Both the position numbers and the translations under genes were made by a program. The notes beneath the pieces were generated by a model. That model saw nothing but the letters and a program-made list of their open reading frames with translations, was not told the DNA's origin and searched no databases. From a bacterium (GTDB lineage: Bacteria; Patescibacteriota; Minisyncoccia; Portnoybacterales; UBA2143), in contig JBDRFK010000011.1 of the NCBI GenBank assembly GCA_043818835.1, positions 1 to 60,802 on the forward strand: DNA of 60,802 nucleotides, read 5' to 3'. This document shows, piece by piece, positions 1 through 8,216 of the stretch. How positions within the stretch are numbered: the stretch's first letter is position 1; each line of letters starts with the position of its first letter.

Positions 1-19
1 TATCAGAAATCTATTTCCT

Positions 20-80
20 GTCATTCCCGAGCCGTGTGCTAAGGGCGGACTTGCCTCTGGCACACGGCTCGGGAATAACA
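20..80. repeat. GC-rich palindromic element (GTCATTCCCG...CGGGAATAAC type)
   Basis: Positions 23-39 pair perfectly with 60-76 (17 bp). Termini match the GTCATT/AATGAC family seen throughout the window. Confidence 0.85.
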
Positions 81-139
81 AAGAGACTTTCTGGTTTTAC
101 AACCTACACATCAAATGTTTTGTATACACACATATTGCA

Positions 140-182
140 CTCAGATTATCTAAGAAAGTGCAATATGTCTGTATAGATTACC
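140..182 (+). promoter_or_regulatory. 43-bp element immediately upstream of a -35 box, identical to 39903..39945
   Basis: ctcagattatctaagaaagtgcaatatgtctgtatagattacc is identical at both loci. Both copies end 7 nt before a TTGAC box. Confidence 0.6.
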
Positions 183-189
183 CAAATCA

Positions 190-218
190 TTGACAATATT
201 GTATATTTCTGGCATACT
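190..218 (+). promoter_or_regulatory. sigma70-like promoter of the 291..1742 gene
   Basis: TTGACA (190-195), 17-nt spacer, CATACT (213-218). Confidence 0.5.
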
Positions 219-290
219 TTAACCGTACTTTAACAGATGAATAATAACGTCAGTTTTGACATTTAACAAATCTTAAAAGGAGGATTTGCA

Positions 291-1742
291 GTGAAAAAGA
301 ACATAATTATTATCAAAGTTTTGTCTGTAGTATTATTTGTGTGTTTTGGTTTTGTTAATCAGTCTATTGCGAGTTATTTACCCAGTCCTAATTATTGGCC
401 GCTTGTCGGTGATTGGAATGACAATGGTCGGGATTCTTTGGGGTTTCGTAAACAATCGGAACATAAATATTATTTAGATAATTATTTAGGCGATAGTTTT
501 GACGCAGATAAAACAGTATATTATGGCAACTCTGATGACATTCCGATTGCTGGCGACTGGGACGATGACGGAGATACAGATATTGGATTTTATCGTGTAG
601 ATAATTCCACATTTTATCTGGATTATTCCAACAATGCCACAACTAATAAAGAAATAAATTATGGGATTATCGGCGACTGGCCTATTCCTGGTGATTGGGA
701 CGGTGATGGCGAAACTGAACTGGGTGTTTATCGTTCAAGTAATGCAAAGTTTTATTTGGATGACGACAATCCGGGTGGTGAGGATGATAAAGAAATATGG
801 TTTGGGTTGGCTGGTGAAGATTATCCAGTGGTTGGCGATTGGGATGGTGATGGTGATGATGATATTGGTGTTTTTCGTTCAGGCAGATTTTATTTAGATT
901 ACGATAACGACGGCGATGTTGATGATGAAATTTCTTTTGGTATTTCCGGTGATATTCCAATTGCTGGCGATTGGGACGATGATGGTAGAGATGAGGTAGG
1001 TGTTTTCCGTCCAAACAATAATACTTTTTATTTATACGGACGGTCGGGTTCTATTGATATAGACGACAATGACGATAATGGAGAATATTTCTTAATTGTT
1101 AATAGTGATGGCTCTGGAGATGGTCGCATTAAGGGTAGTGGTGATAGTGATATTGATTGTGGTTCGGATTGCGAAGAGTGGCATGATGCTGGTGCAGAAA
1201 TTATTTTGGTGGCTATGCCAGATTCTGATTCTGATTTTGTGAAGTGGATGAAAAACAACAATACTGCTGTTTCGTATAATCCTATCTATGAATTTGAAAT
1301 AGAGGATAATATGATTATAACCGCAGTCTTTGAGAAAGACGATGATGGCGACGATAATAACGGTAATGACGAATATGTGATTATTGTTAGTGATAATGAT
1401 AATTTGCTTTTATCTCCATCATCGGGTGTTTTTTTGGTATCAGAAGGAGATAATCAAGAATTTTTCTTGGATCAGAATATAGATATTGATGATATGGATG
1501 TTTGGATAAACAACGAACCGTTTGATTTGAATGGATATGCTTTTGCGCTTTTTGATATTGATGATGACTATATTATTGAAGTGATTTATATCAAACCGTA
1601 TAGAGATCCGAATATTGTTGTTGATACTGATCCAAACAGTATTTCTGGAAAAAAAGAAGAGGAAGATGTTAAACCAAAATCAAAATCATCCAAAAGTGGT
1701 GGGTGTAATGGTCCTTGTTGTTTTGTTTTAAGTTTATTTTAA
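291..1742 (+). CDS. Secreted FG-GAP/VCBS-like repeat protein with InlB-B-repeat-like segment and Cys-rich C-terminal tail
   Basis: GTG start after aaggagg. N-terminal signal-like hydrophobic stretch. Five P-x-x-GDWDxDG-x-D-x-G-V/F-R...FYLD repeats. 'GSGDSDIDCGSDCEEW...VAMPDSDSDFVKW' resembles the InlB B-repeat. Confidence 0.7.
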   Translation: MKKNIIIIKVLSVVLFVCFGFVNQSIASYLPSPNYWPLVGDWNDNGRDSLGFRKQSEHKYYLDNYLGDSFDADKTVYYGNSDDIPIAGDWDDDGDTDIGFYRVDNSTFYLDYSNNATTNKEINYGIIGDWPIPGDWDGDGETELGVYRSSNAKFYLDDDNPGGEDDKEIWFGLAGEDYPVVGDWDGDGDDDIGVFRSGRFYLDYDNDGDVDDEISFGISGDIPIAGDWDDDGRDEVGVFRPNNNTFYLYGRSGSIDIDDNDDNGEYFLIVNSDGSGDGRIKGSGDSDIDCGSDCEEWHDAGAEIILVAMPDSDSDFVKWMKNNNTAVSYNPIYEFEIEDNMIITAVFEKDDDGDDNNGNDEYVIIVSDNDNLLLSPSSGVFLVSEGDNQEFFLDQNIDIDDMDVWINNEPFDLNGYAFALFDIDDDYIIEVIYIKPYRDPNIVVDTDPNSISGKKEEEDVKPKSKSSKSGGCNGPCCFVLSLF

Positions 1743-1754
1743 GTTGAATTTTTC

Positions 1755-1792
1755 AGTGCTTTCGGTAAAAACCGAAGGCACTTTATTTTTTT
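1755..1792 (+). terminator. Intrinsic terminator
   Basis: agtgctttcggt/accgaaggcact hairpin followed by a T-run. Confidence 0.7.
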
Positions 1793-1813
1793 ATAATTTT
1801 TGTGTATAGTTAT

Positions 1814-1833
1814 AGAGATGGTTGCAAAACTAT
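1814..1833 (+). repeat. Half copy of the gagatggttRcaaaactat motif, 9 nt before the tyrS ATG
   Basis: 18/20 match to the terminal inverted repeats at 28112 and 28288. Confidence 0.55.
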
Positions 1834-1841
1834 CTTAAGAT

Positions 1842-3047
1842 ATGAAAATAGACGAGAATAAAATAGAAAATGTATTATTACGTGGGGTAGAAAACATTTA
1901 TCCCAATAAAGAAGCATTAGAAAAGAAATTAAAATCTGGCGACAAGATTAAGCTTTACTGTGGTTATGATCCGACTGCGCCGACTTTGCATATTGGACAT
2001 GCAATAACTTTGCTGAAATTGGCTCAGTTTCAAGAATTGGGTCACGAAGTGATTATGCTTATCGGCGATTTTACGGGTATGATCGGTGATCCGACTGATA
2101 AGGCAACTGTGCGTAAAAAATTAACTCGTCAAGAAGTTTTAAAAAACTCCGAGAGATATAAAAAATTAGCGAGTAAAATTTTAAATTTTGATGGCGAAAA
2201 TCCAGCTAAAATTTTATACAATAGTGAATGGAATGATAAACTATCTTATGTTGATATAATTGAATTAGCTTCTAATTTTACAGCGCAACAAATGTTTGCG
2301 CGGGATATGTTTCAGGAACGTATTAAAAACGATAAGCCGATTTATTTGCACGAATTTCTATACCCCTTAACACAAGCATATGATAGTGTAGCGATAGATG
2401 TGGATTTGGAAATTGGTGGTAATGATCAAACTTTTAATATGTTGGTTGGTCGAGATTTGATGAAGGCAGTGAAGAATAAAGAAAAGTTTGTTTTAACTAC
2501 GAAACTTCTTGTTGATTCAAGTGGTAAAAAAATGGGTAAGTCAGAAGGAAATATGGTGGCACTTGATGATGAGCCGGTAAATATGTTAGGAAAGATTATG
2601 TCTTGGCCTGATGAACTTATTATAATTGGTTTTGAACTTTGTACGTCTTTACTATTGAATGATATTGATGAAATAAATGAACAAATGAAGAGTGATAAGT
2701 TGAATCCACGTGATGCGAAGATGCAACTTGCCAAAGAAATTGTTACAATTTTTCATAATAAAGAAGATGCCGATAGGGCCGAGCAAGAATTTGAAAAAGT
2801 TTTTAAAGAGAAAGAAGTACCGAGCGAGATAATAGAGGTTATAATTAAGGAAGATAAAATAAATTTACCAGATTTTTTGACTGAGTCAGAATTAACTCCA
2901 AGCAAAACAGAAGCAAAGAGATTAATTGAGCAAGGGGCAGTAAAAATTAATGATAAGGTTATTAAGGATTGGAAGAAAGAAGTTAAAATTGATGACGGTG
3001 CGATTATTCAGGTTGGTAAAAGACGTTTTGTAAGAATTATTAAATAG
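1842..3047 (+). CDS. tyrS: Tyrosyl-tRNA synthetase
   Basis: HIGH motif (LHIGHAI), KMSKS-like KMGKS, C-terminal S4-like AKRLIEQGAVKINDKV. Confidence 0.95.
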   Translation: MKIDENKIENVLLRGVENIYPNKEALEKKLKSGDKIKLYCGYDPTAPTLHIGHAITLLKLAQFQELGHEVIMLIGDFTGMIGDPTDKATVRKKLTRQEVLKNSERYKKLASKILNFDGENPAKILYNSEWNDKLSYVDIIELASNFTAQQMFARDMFQERIKNDKPIYLHEFLYPLTQAYDSVAIDVDLEIGGNDQTFNMLVGRDLMKAVKNKEKFVLTTKLLVDSSGKKMGKSEGNMVALDDEPVNMLGKIMSWPDELIIIGFELCTSLLLNDIDEINEQMKSDKLNPRDAKMQLAKEIVTIFHNKEDADRAEQEFEKVFKEKEVPSEIIEVIIKEDKINLPDFLTESELTPSKTEAKRLIEQGAVKINDKVIKDWKKEVKIDDGAIIQVGKRRFVRIIK

Positions 3048-3100
3048 AATAGAATTAAATAATCTTAAAAAGGTTAAACCTTTTAAGAAATAATAACACT

Positions 3101-3144
3101 GGATTCCCGCTTTCGCGGGAATGACAAAAGGCGCGGGAATGACA
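3101..3144. repeat. Palindromic element (ggattcccgctttcgcgggaatgac plus an extra gcgggaatgaca half)
   Basis: attcccgc/gcgggaat hairpin. Same core as 37409-37432 and 54344-54370. Confidence 0.85.
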
Positions 3145-3152
3145 TATTAAAA

Positions 3153-4667
3153 TCACCCCTTTGCCAAGAAATCTGGATTAAATATTTTTCTAATAGATGG
3201 CAAAAATACAGGTCGTATTTTGAACTCTTTATATGTGGCATGCGCCACTTTTTTTGCCCAAAGATTCAGTTTGTTATGCTTTTCCAAAACAGGAGCAAGA
3301 GTTAAAATTCTACATAAACGACGGTTGGGACTGAAATGCGCTTTCAGCATTGGTACTCCTTCGGTAATCAAAAACTCATCTTCATTACGTAAATGTTGCA
3401 GTTTATATCCTCTCCTTAAATATTGCAATTTATCATTATTTAGCTTGTATATACCTGGCGTTAAAACGGCATGATTACGCGCCCAAGAATGGGATAAATT
3501 ATGTAAAAACATGTGCGTCCCTTTTTTAGGTTGTCGCATTAGCGTATTAACTCGTTCAATATCAATTTTGTAATCTAAATTTAAGTATTCTAATAAATGA
3601 AAGCCCATTATTGATGGCTCGCAATTTATGGTTTGCGACATCGCCAAAGTAGGGAATGAACCCAACATTCGTGGATTAGCCTCAATTGTATAAAGCTCAT
3701 CATTTTTTTCATCTAAAACAAAATCTAATCCAAAGATACCTTTGTAGCCCCATTTTTGGAAGTGTTTGCCTACAACTTTCACAGCTTCGTATGCTTGTTG
3801 ATTAATTTTATCCGAAAAATTAGAAGACGACCAATCGTGTCCGCAAAACAATCCAGATCCTTTGGTAGAATTATATAATTCTGGAATATCTAAAATTTGG
3901 TATTGTAGAGAGGTAGATAAAATACCGTGTTTTGTAACACATCCAGTGATGCTGGGTGAAGACCCTTTGATAAATTTCATTACAATAACGTCGGTTACTT
4001 CTTTTTCGGCAACATATTCACCTTCATCATTCGGCTTATTTTTTAATCTATAAATGGCTTGGTCAAAATCTTCAATATTGTTAACAAAGAAAGTCCCTTT
4101 GCCACCCCCACGGGTAGGGTGTTGGATGACGAAAGGCAAACTGTATTTTTCAGAAAGAATATTGTAATCCAAATCAACAACATTCAATATTTCTCCAGTT
4201 GGGATATTAACATACAATTCTTCTAACATTCTTCTAAATTTAATTTTATTTTCAAAAAGTGTTTTGCCAAATTTGGTTGATGAAACGGCTAGTGTCCATA
4301 AATTTTCTTGGCAAATTTGTTCCATTTTTGTCGATGCTTTATAGGCAACAATAACTGGCGGTTCTTTATATTTATTTGTTAGCTCACGCAAGTAATTTAT
4401 AGTTTTAGGGTGCTGTAATATGGTGGTAGAATTCCGTGGTTCTTTGATGTGTTGTGTGCCCATTCCTTTTTCTAGGGATAAAAGTTCAATTTCTTGTTCA
4501 ATCAATTCTGTATCCAAGCTGTATCGTAAACATAGAAGACGATAATCTGGAATAATATTTTCTAATCCTAATCTGTTAAAAGCATAAACACCGACTCCCA
4601 AAACAGGATTCTTTAAATTATTTCTAAAAAATTTTCTTTGGCTATCTAAATCTTTAATGATTTCCAT
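3153..4667 (-). CDS. ATP-grasp domain protein (ligase of unknown substrate)
   Basis: FVIQHPTRGGGKGTFFV and GIFGLDFVLDEKNDELYTIEANPR are typical ATP-grasp motifs. Confidence 0.75.
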   Translation of the reverse strand: MEIIKDLDSQRKFFRNNLKNPVLGVGVYAFNRLGLENIIPDYRLLCLRYSLDTELIEQEIELLSLEKGMGTQHIKEPRNSTTILQHPKTINYLRELTNKYKEPPVIVAYKASTKMEQICQENLWTLAVSSTKFGKTLFENKIKFRRMLEELYVNIPTGEILNVVDLDYNILSEKYSLPFVIQHPTRGGGKGTFFVNNIEDFDQAIYRLKNKPNDEGEYVAEKEVTDVIVMKFIKGSSPSITGCVTKHGILSTSLQYQILDIPELYNSTKGSGLFCGHDWSSSNFSDKINQQAYEAVKVVGKHFQKWGYKGIFGLDFVLDEKNDELYTIEANPRMLGSFPTLAMSQTINCEPSIMGFHLLEYLNLDYKIDIERVNTLMRQPKKGTHMFLHNLSHSWARNHAVLTPGIYKLNNDKLQYLRRGYKLQHLRNEDEFLITEGVPMLKAHFSPNRRLCRILTLAPVLEKHNKLNLWAKKVAHATYKEFKIRPVFLPSIRKIFNPDFLAKG

Positions 4668-4725
4668 GATATCATTTGTTATTCTTATCTGTTTTTTGTC
4701 ATTCCCGTCTCTCTGCTGTTAAATA

Positions 4726-6048
4726 TTACTTACTCTTTGACCTCATAAATACATTTTTACTTGGGTCAACCAGATAACGTTTAAGGTCTTTGCGTCCGAC
4801 AATAATATCATATTTCAAATCTTTTCGGTCGGCCATAAAGGCCTCGGTGTTAACCAGTCGTTTATCTAAAACAAAAGAAAGATCAATTATTGGTCGTCTT
4901 TCTACACCTAACGCGCTTTTAACTTTTTTGTAACGTATTGTTTTATCCAAGCCTAATTTTTCCGCCAAACTTTTACAAATTGCGGTGCGGTAGGCGCCAG
5001 TATCTACCTTGGCAACAGTGCCGTATTTGTTATCATGATAATCAATAATATTTATTGGCTCGTTAATACCGATAACTTTTTTACCCGAAATTTCTTCTAA
5101 TTCTTCTTCAATTTCTCCGCCGAATAAATTTTGGGCAAGTTTTACGCCTTTTATAGTGGTCTTAACTTCCAGTCCACGCACTCTTTCCAATCTTCGCTTC
5201 ATTGCATCAGCATTAGCGATTTGGATAGATAATCCCGGATGAGCGTTAAGTTCTAAAATTACAGGGCCCTTATCTCTATCAATAGCAATATCAATGCCCA
5301 AGAATCCGATGCCAGTAACTTGTTGGGCTTGAATTGATAATTTTAAAACTTCTTTCCATTCTGGAATTTGTATTCCGCGTAACATTAGTCTGGTGCCGGG
5401 GACATATTCAATAAGTCGGTCATATTGAATAGCGGTAGTAGTTATGCCTGTGGAGATATCAATACCGACACCAATACCTCCTAAGTGTAGATTTGCCTTG
5501 CCATCAGATTCTTTAGTTGGAAAACGCATTTCCGCCATAATTGGCACAGAATTATAAACCATTATTCTGATATCGGGTATGCCGCGATGACTGTATGATT
5601 TAAAAAGTTTTAGTAATTTAATTCGTTCTTCAAAAAAAGCTGTGTCAGGTAAGCTGGTGGGCGAGAAGTTTCCTTCTAAGATATTTAAAATATGGTTTTC
5701 AATATCTTTAATTTTAATCTCTTTTCTATCGGCTTTAACCCAAGGATATGGAAATTTTTTCTTGCGTCCATAAACCACTAAAATACCTTCGCCACCCAAA
5801 GCCCTGTTTGGTTTTAGAGCAAACGTTGCTGGTAATTCAGCCCATTCAATATTTTTCAAATCCTGAATTTTCTCAATTTTTGTATATGTTTTTAAAACTG
5901 GTAAGCCAGCTTTTCTTAAAACTTTTTTAGCTAATAATTTATCATCAGCAACACGAATAGCCTTCAATGTGCTTGAAGGTCGGATGTATGTTAAATTGCG
6001 AGCATTAATCCCGAGAACGTGGCGAGATTTTTTAAAGAAATCAATCAT
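4726..6048 (-). CDS. Alpha-L-glutamate-ligase-related (RimK-like) ATP-grasp fused to a C-terminal RimB/retropepsin-like protease domain
   Basis: N-terminus VLGINARNLTYI...ADDKLLAKKVL matches the RimK-related ligase signature. C-terminus AKVDTGAYRTAI carries the D-T-G retropepsin-like motif. Confidence 0.75.
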   Translation of the reverse strand: MIDFFKKSRHVLGINARNLTYIRPSSTLKAIRVADDKLLAKKVLRKAGLPVLKTYTKIEKIQDLKNIEWAELPATFALKPNRALGGEGILVVYGRKKKFPYPWVKADRKEIKIKDIENHILNILEGNFSPTSLPDTAFFEERIKLLKLFKSYSHRGIPDIRIMVYNSVPIMAEMRFPTKESDGKANLHLGGIGVGIDISTGITTTAIQYDRLIEYVPGTRLMLRGIQIPEWKEVLKLSIQAQQVTGIGFLGIDIAIDRDKGPVILELNAHPGLSIQIANADAMKRRLERVRGLEVKTTIKGVKLAQNLFGGEIEEELEEISGKKVIGINEPINIIDYHDNKYGTVAKVDTGAYRTAICKSLAEKLGLDKTIRYKKVKSALGVERRPIIDLSFVLDKRLVNTEAFMADRKDLKYDIIVGRKDLKRYLVDPSKNVFMRSKSK

Positions 6049-6060
6049 GGCTATATATTA

Positions 6061-6747
6061 TTATTCTGATTTTGTTTTCTTCTTTTTCTTTTCTTCAGGT
6101 AATTCAATGCTTTTAATAACTTCTCTAAATCTAAAATATTCTGAGACTCGTAATCCTGTCCACTTACCTAATAGAATATTGATTAAAATACAGCCAATAA
6201 TTATTGCTAAGGGGAATAAAAAAACAATATTTTGTAGCCACATCCAACTGATTACCCAAAAACAAACCACAGAGAGAAACAATGTTTCTATTGTTAGAAT
6301 AACAGCTTTTTTGGCACCTCTTTCTATTTGAGCAGCAATAAATTTTTCAACCAATGTAATCATTATTAATATTGCAAAAACTGAGACATGAATTAGTCCT
6401 ATTCGGCCAGAGTGGGCGCCTTCAAGAAACATCAATAAAATTGCCAATGAAACGCCAATTAAAACAATAGCGATTCGTGGCAGATAAAGCAGGCGGAAAC
6501 GTCGTGCTACAAAACGCATAAATGTGCCTACGATTAAAATTATAGCGAAAATAGTAATGCCGTATCTTAGCCCAGTAGTCAAAAAGGCAAAGGAAATTAT
6601 TAACGGCGTATAGATGCCAAACCCCTTGATGCCAATTACTTGTCGCGCAAAAGCGATGATAGTGACAACAATCGGGAGTAATAACAATAGCACGATTGTT
6701 TCGCGCGGGACACCGTTGGTTATCATATAATGGATTAGAATATTCAT
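6061..6747 (-). CDS. 7TM membrane protein of the type usually fused to an inactive transglutaminase (7TM part only)
   Basis: LLLLPIVVTIIAFARQVIGIKGFGIYTPLIISFAF and multiple TM helices. Tightly packed with the ligase genes and ruvC. Confidence 0.65.
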   Translation of the reverse strand: MNILIHYMITNGVPRETIVLLLLLPIVVTIIAFARQVIGIKGFGIYTPLIISFAFLTTGLRYGITIFAIILIVGTFMRFVARRFRLLYLPRIAIVLIGVSLAILLMFLEGAHSGRIGLIHVSVFAILIMITLVEKFIAAQIERGAKKAVILTIETLFLSVVCFWVISWMWLQNIVFLFPLAIIIGCILINILLGKWTGLRVSEYFRFREVIKSIELPEEKKKKKTKSE

Positions 6748-6750
6748 AAT

Positions 6751-7236
6751 TTATTTTATATTAAAATTAATACTATTAGCGCAACAGATGGCAGCAGCAA
6801 GAGCATCGGCGGCGTCATCTGGTTTGGGAATTTTTTCTAAATTTAACAAAAGTTTAACCATTTGCTGTACTTGTTTTTTATCGGCGCGACCGTAAGTTGT
6901 GACAGCTTGTTTGATTTGTAGAGGAGTATATTCTTCAATTGGAATGTTTAAACGGGCGACAGTGGCCAAAATTACGCCTCTTGCTTGGCTGACTTTAACT
7001 GCAGTTTTAACATTTTTAAAAAAGAATAAATCTTCAACGCCGACTACGCTTGGTTTGTATTTTTTAATTAGTTTGGTTAGTTGTTTCTCAACTTCAATTA
7101 ATCTTTCGGCGGTAGAAAATTCTGGCTCGGTAAAAATGCATCCATAATCAATTACCTCCAAATTATTGTTGGGTGTTTTATTTAAAAAACCATAACCAAC
7201 GATAGCCGTGCCGGGGTCAATGCCAAGGATTATCAT
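6751..7236 (-). CDS. ruvC: Holliday junction resolvase RuvC
   Basis: MIILGIDPGTAIVGYG...DAADALAAAICC. Confidence 0.92.
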   Translation of the reverse strand: MIILGIDPGTAIVGYGFLNKTPNNNLEVIDYGCIFTEPEFSTAERLIEVEKQLTKLIKKYKPSVVGVEDLFFFKNVKTAVKVSQARGVILATVARLNIPIEEYTPLQIKQAVTTYGRADKKQVQQMVKLLLNLEKIPKPDDAADALAAAICCANSINFNIK

Positions 7237-7308
7237 ATTAGAATTGTTAGAGATGTTAGATTTGTTGAATTGTTAATTGTAGTCAATAATCTATCAATTT
7301 GAACAATT

Positions 7309-7851
7309 CTAACTCTTAATATTAGAATAAATCTCCTGTACGTCGTCATTATCATCCAATGCTTCAAAAAGTTTTTCAATTTGCTTTTTATCTTTTTCGT
7401 CAGTTACTTCAAAGGGGTATTTAGGAATCCATTCACCATTTTGAAAATCAAACATATATTTAACACTGCCAATTTCAGCGATTTTACCGCCAAATTGGGA
7501 AAGAGTATGTTTGATTTCGGCTATGGTACGATTTTTGTTATCAGTAATACCAGCAATAATCATGGCCACGCTGGCGGGACCATAGGCTTCGTAAAGAACC
7601 TCTTCCATCGTTGCGCCTTCTAATTCTCCAGTTCCTTTTTTAATAGCACGTTCAATGTTTTCGTTAGGCATGTTGGCTTCGTGCGCTTTTTCAATCGCTA
7701 AACGTAAGGACGGATTATCGTCTGGGTTGCCACCTTTATCTTTGGCGGCAATCGTAATTAAGCGGGATATTTTTGAAAAAATTTTACCCCGCCTAGCATC
7801 CATTGTCCCCTTTTTATGTTTAATTGAGCTCCAATGCGAATGTCCACTCAT
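7309..7851 (-). CDS. yebC: YebC/PmpR family transcriptional regulator
   Basis: MSGHSHWSSIKHKKG...RGKIFSK. Start moved to the conserved MSGHS methionine. Confidence 0.9.
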   Translation of the reverse strand: MSGHSHWSSIKHKKGTMDARRGKIFSKISRLITIAAKDKGGNPDDNPSLRLAIEKAHEANMPNENIERAIKKGTGELEGATMEEVLYEAYGPASVAMIIAGITDNKNRTIAEIKHTLSQFGGKIAEIGSVKYMFDFQNGEWIPKYPFEVTDEKDKKQIEKLFEALDDNDDVQEIYSNIKS

Positions 7852-8168
7852 ATATTTATATTTTAGTATCCACCGAAGCAAACGTCAATGGAAGTATTGA
7901 CAAAATAATCAAAATATGTTAAAATCCTATCATAGTAATGACGGTCTTGGTGATGATGATCTGGGCGATACAAAATCAGAAAGGAATAATTCCTTTTGAT
8001 CTTGACCCAAAATTATTTGAAAAGAAAGCTGAGACTTGAGACTGATGAAGTCAGATTAGTTTTGTTAGAATGGTATATCAATTATCTGGATGCAGTTGCA
8101 CAGGCTAAAATGTTTTATGATTGGGTGAATAATACTTCACTCAATTGGGAATAAGAAAACAAAACAAA

Positions 8169-8195
8169 CAGCCCTTGGAAAAAATCCAAGGGCTG
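8169..8195. terminator. Hairpin terminator downstream of the LTD gene
   Basis: cagcccttgg/ccaagggctg stem with an A/T-rich loop and flanks. Confidence 0.6.
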
Positions 8196-8216
8196 TCGCA
8201 ATTTATAAACAATTAA

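Noticed and set aside
388-1261. Antisense or alternate-frame ORFs (His-rich and similar) within the FG-GAP-like gene
   Set aside because: They are by-products of the GAT/GGT-rich repeat coding sequence, and the sense frame has clear repeat architecture and a signal peptide.
7938-8155. Short ORFs (33 aa and a C-terminal-looking fragment ...YINYLDAVAQAKMFYDWVNNTSLNWE) in the yebC-LTD spacer
   Set aside because: They are too short and have no RBS or recognisable motif. They may be gene debris, but this cannot be supported from sequence alone.
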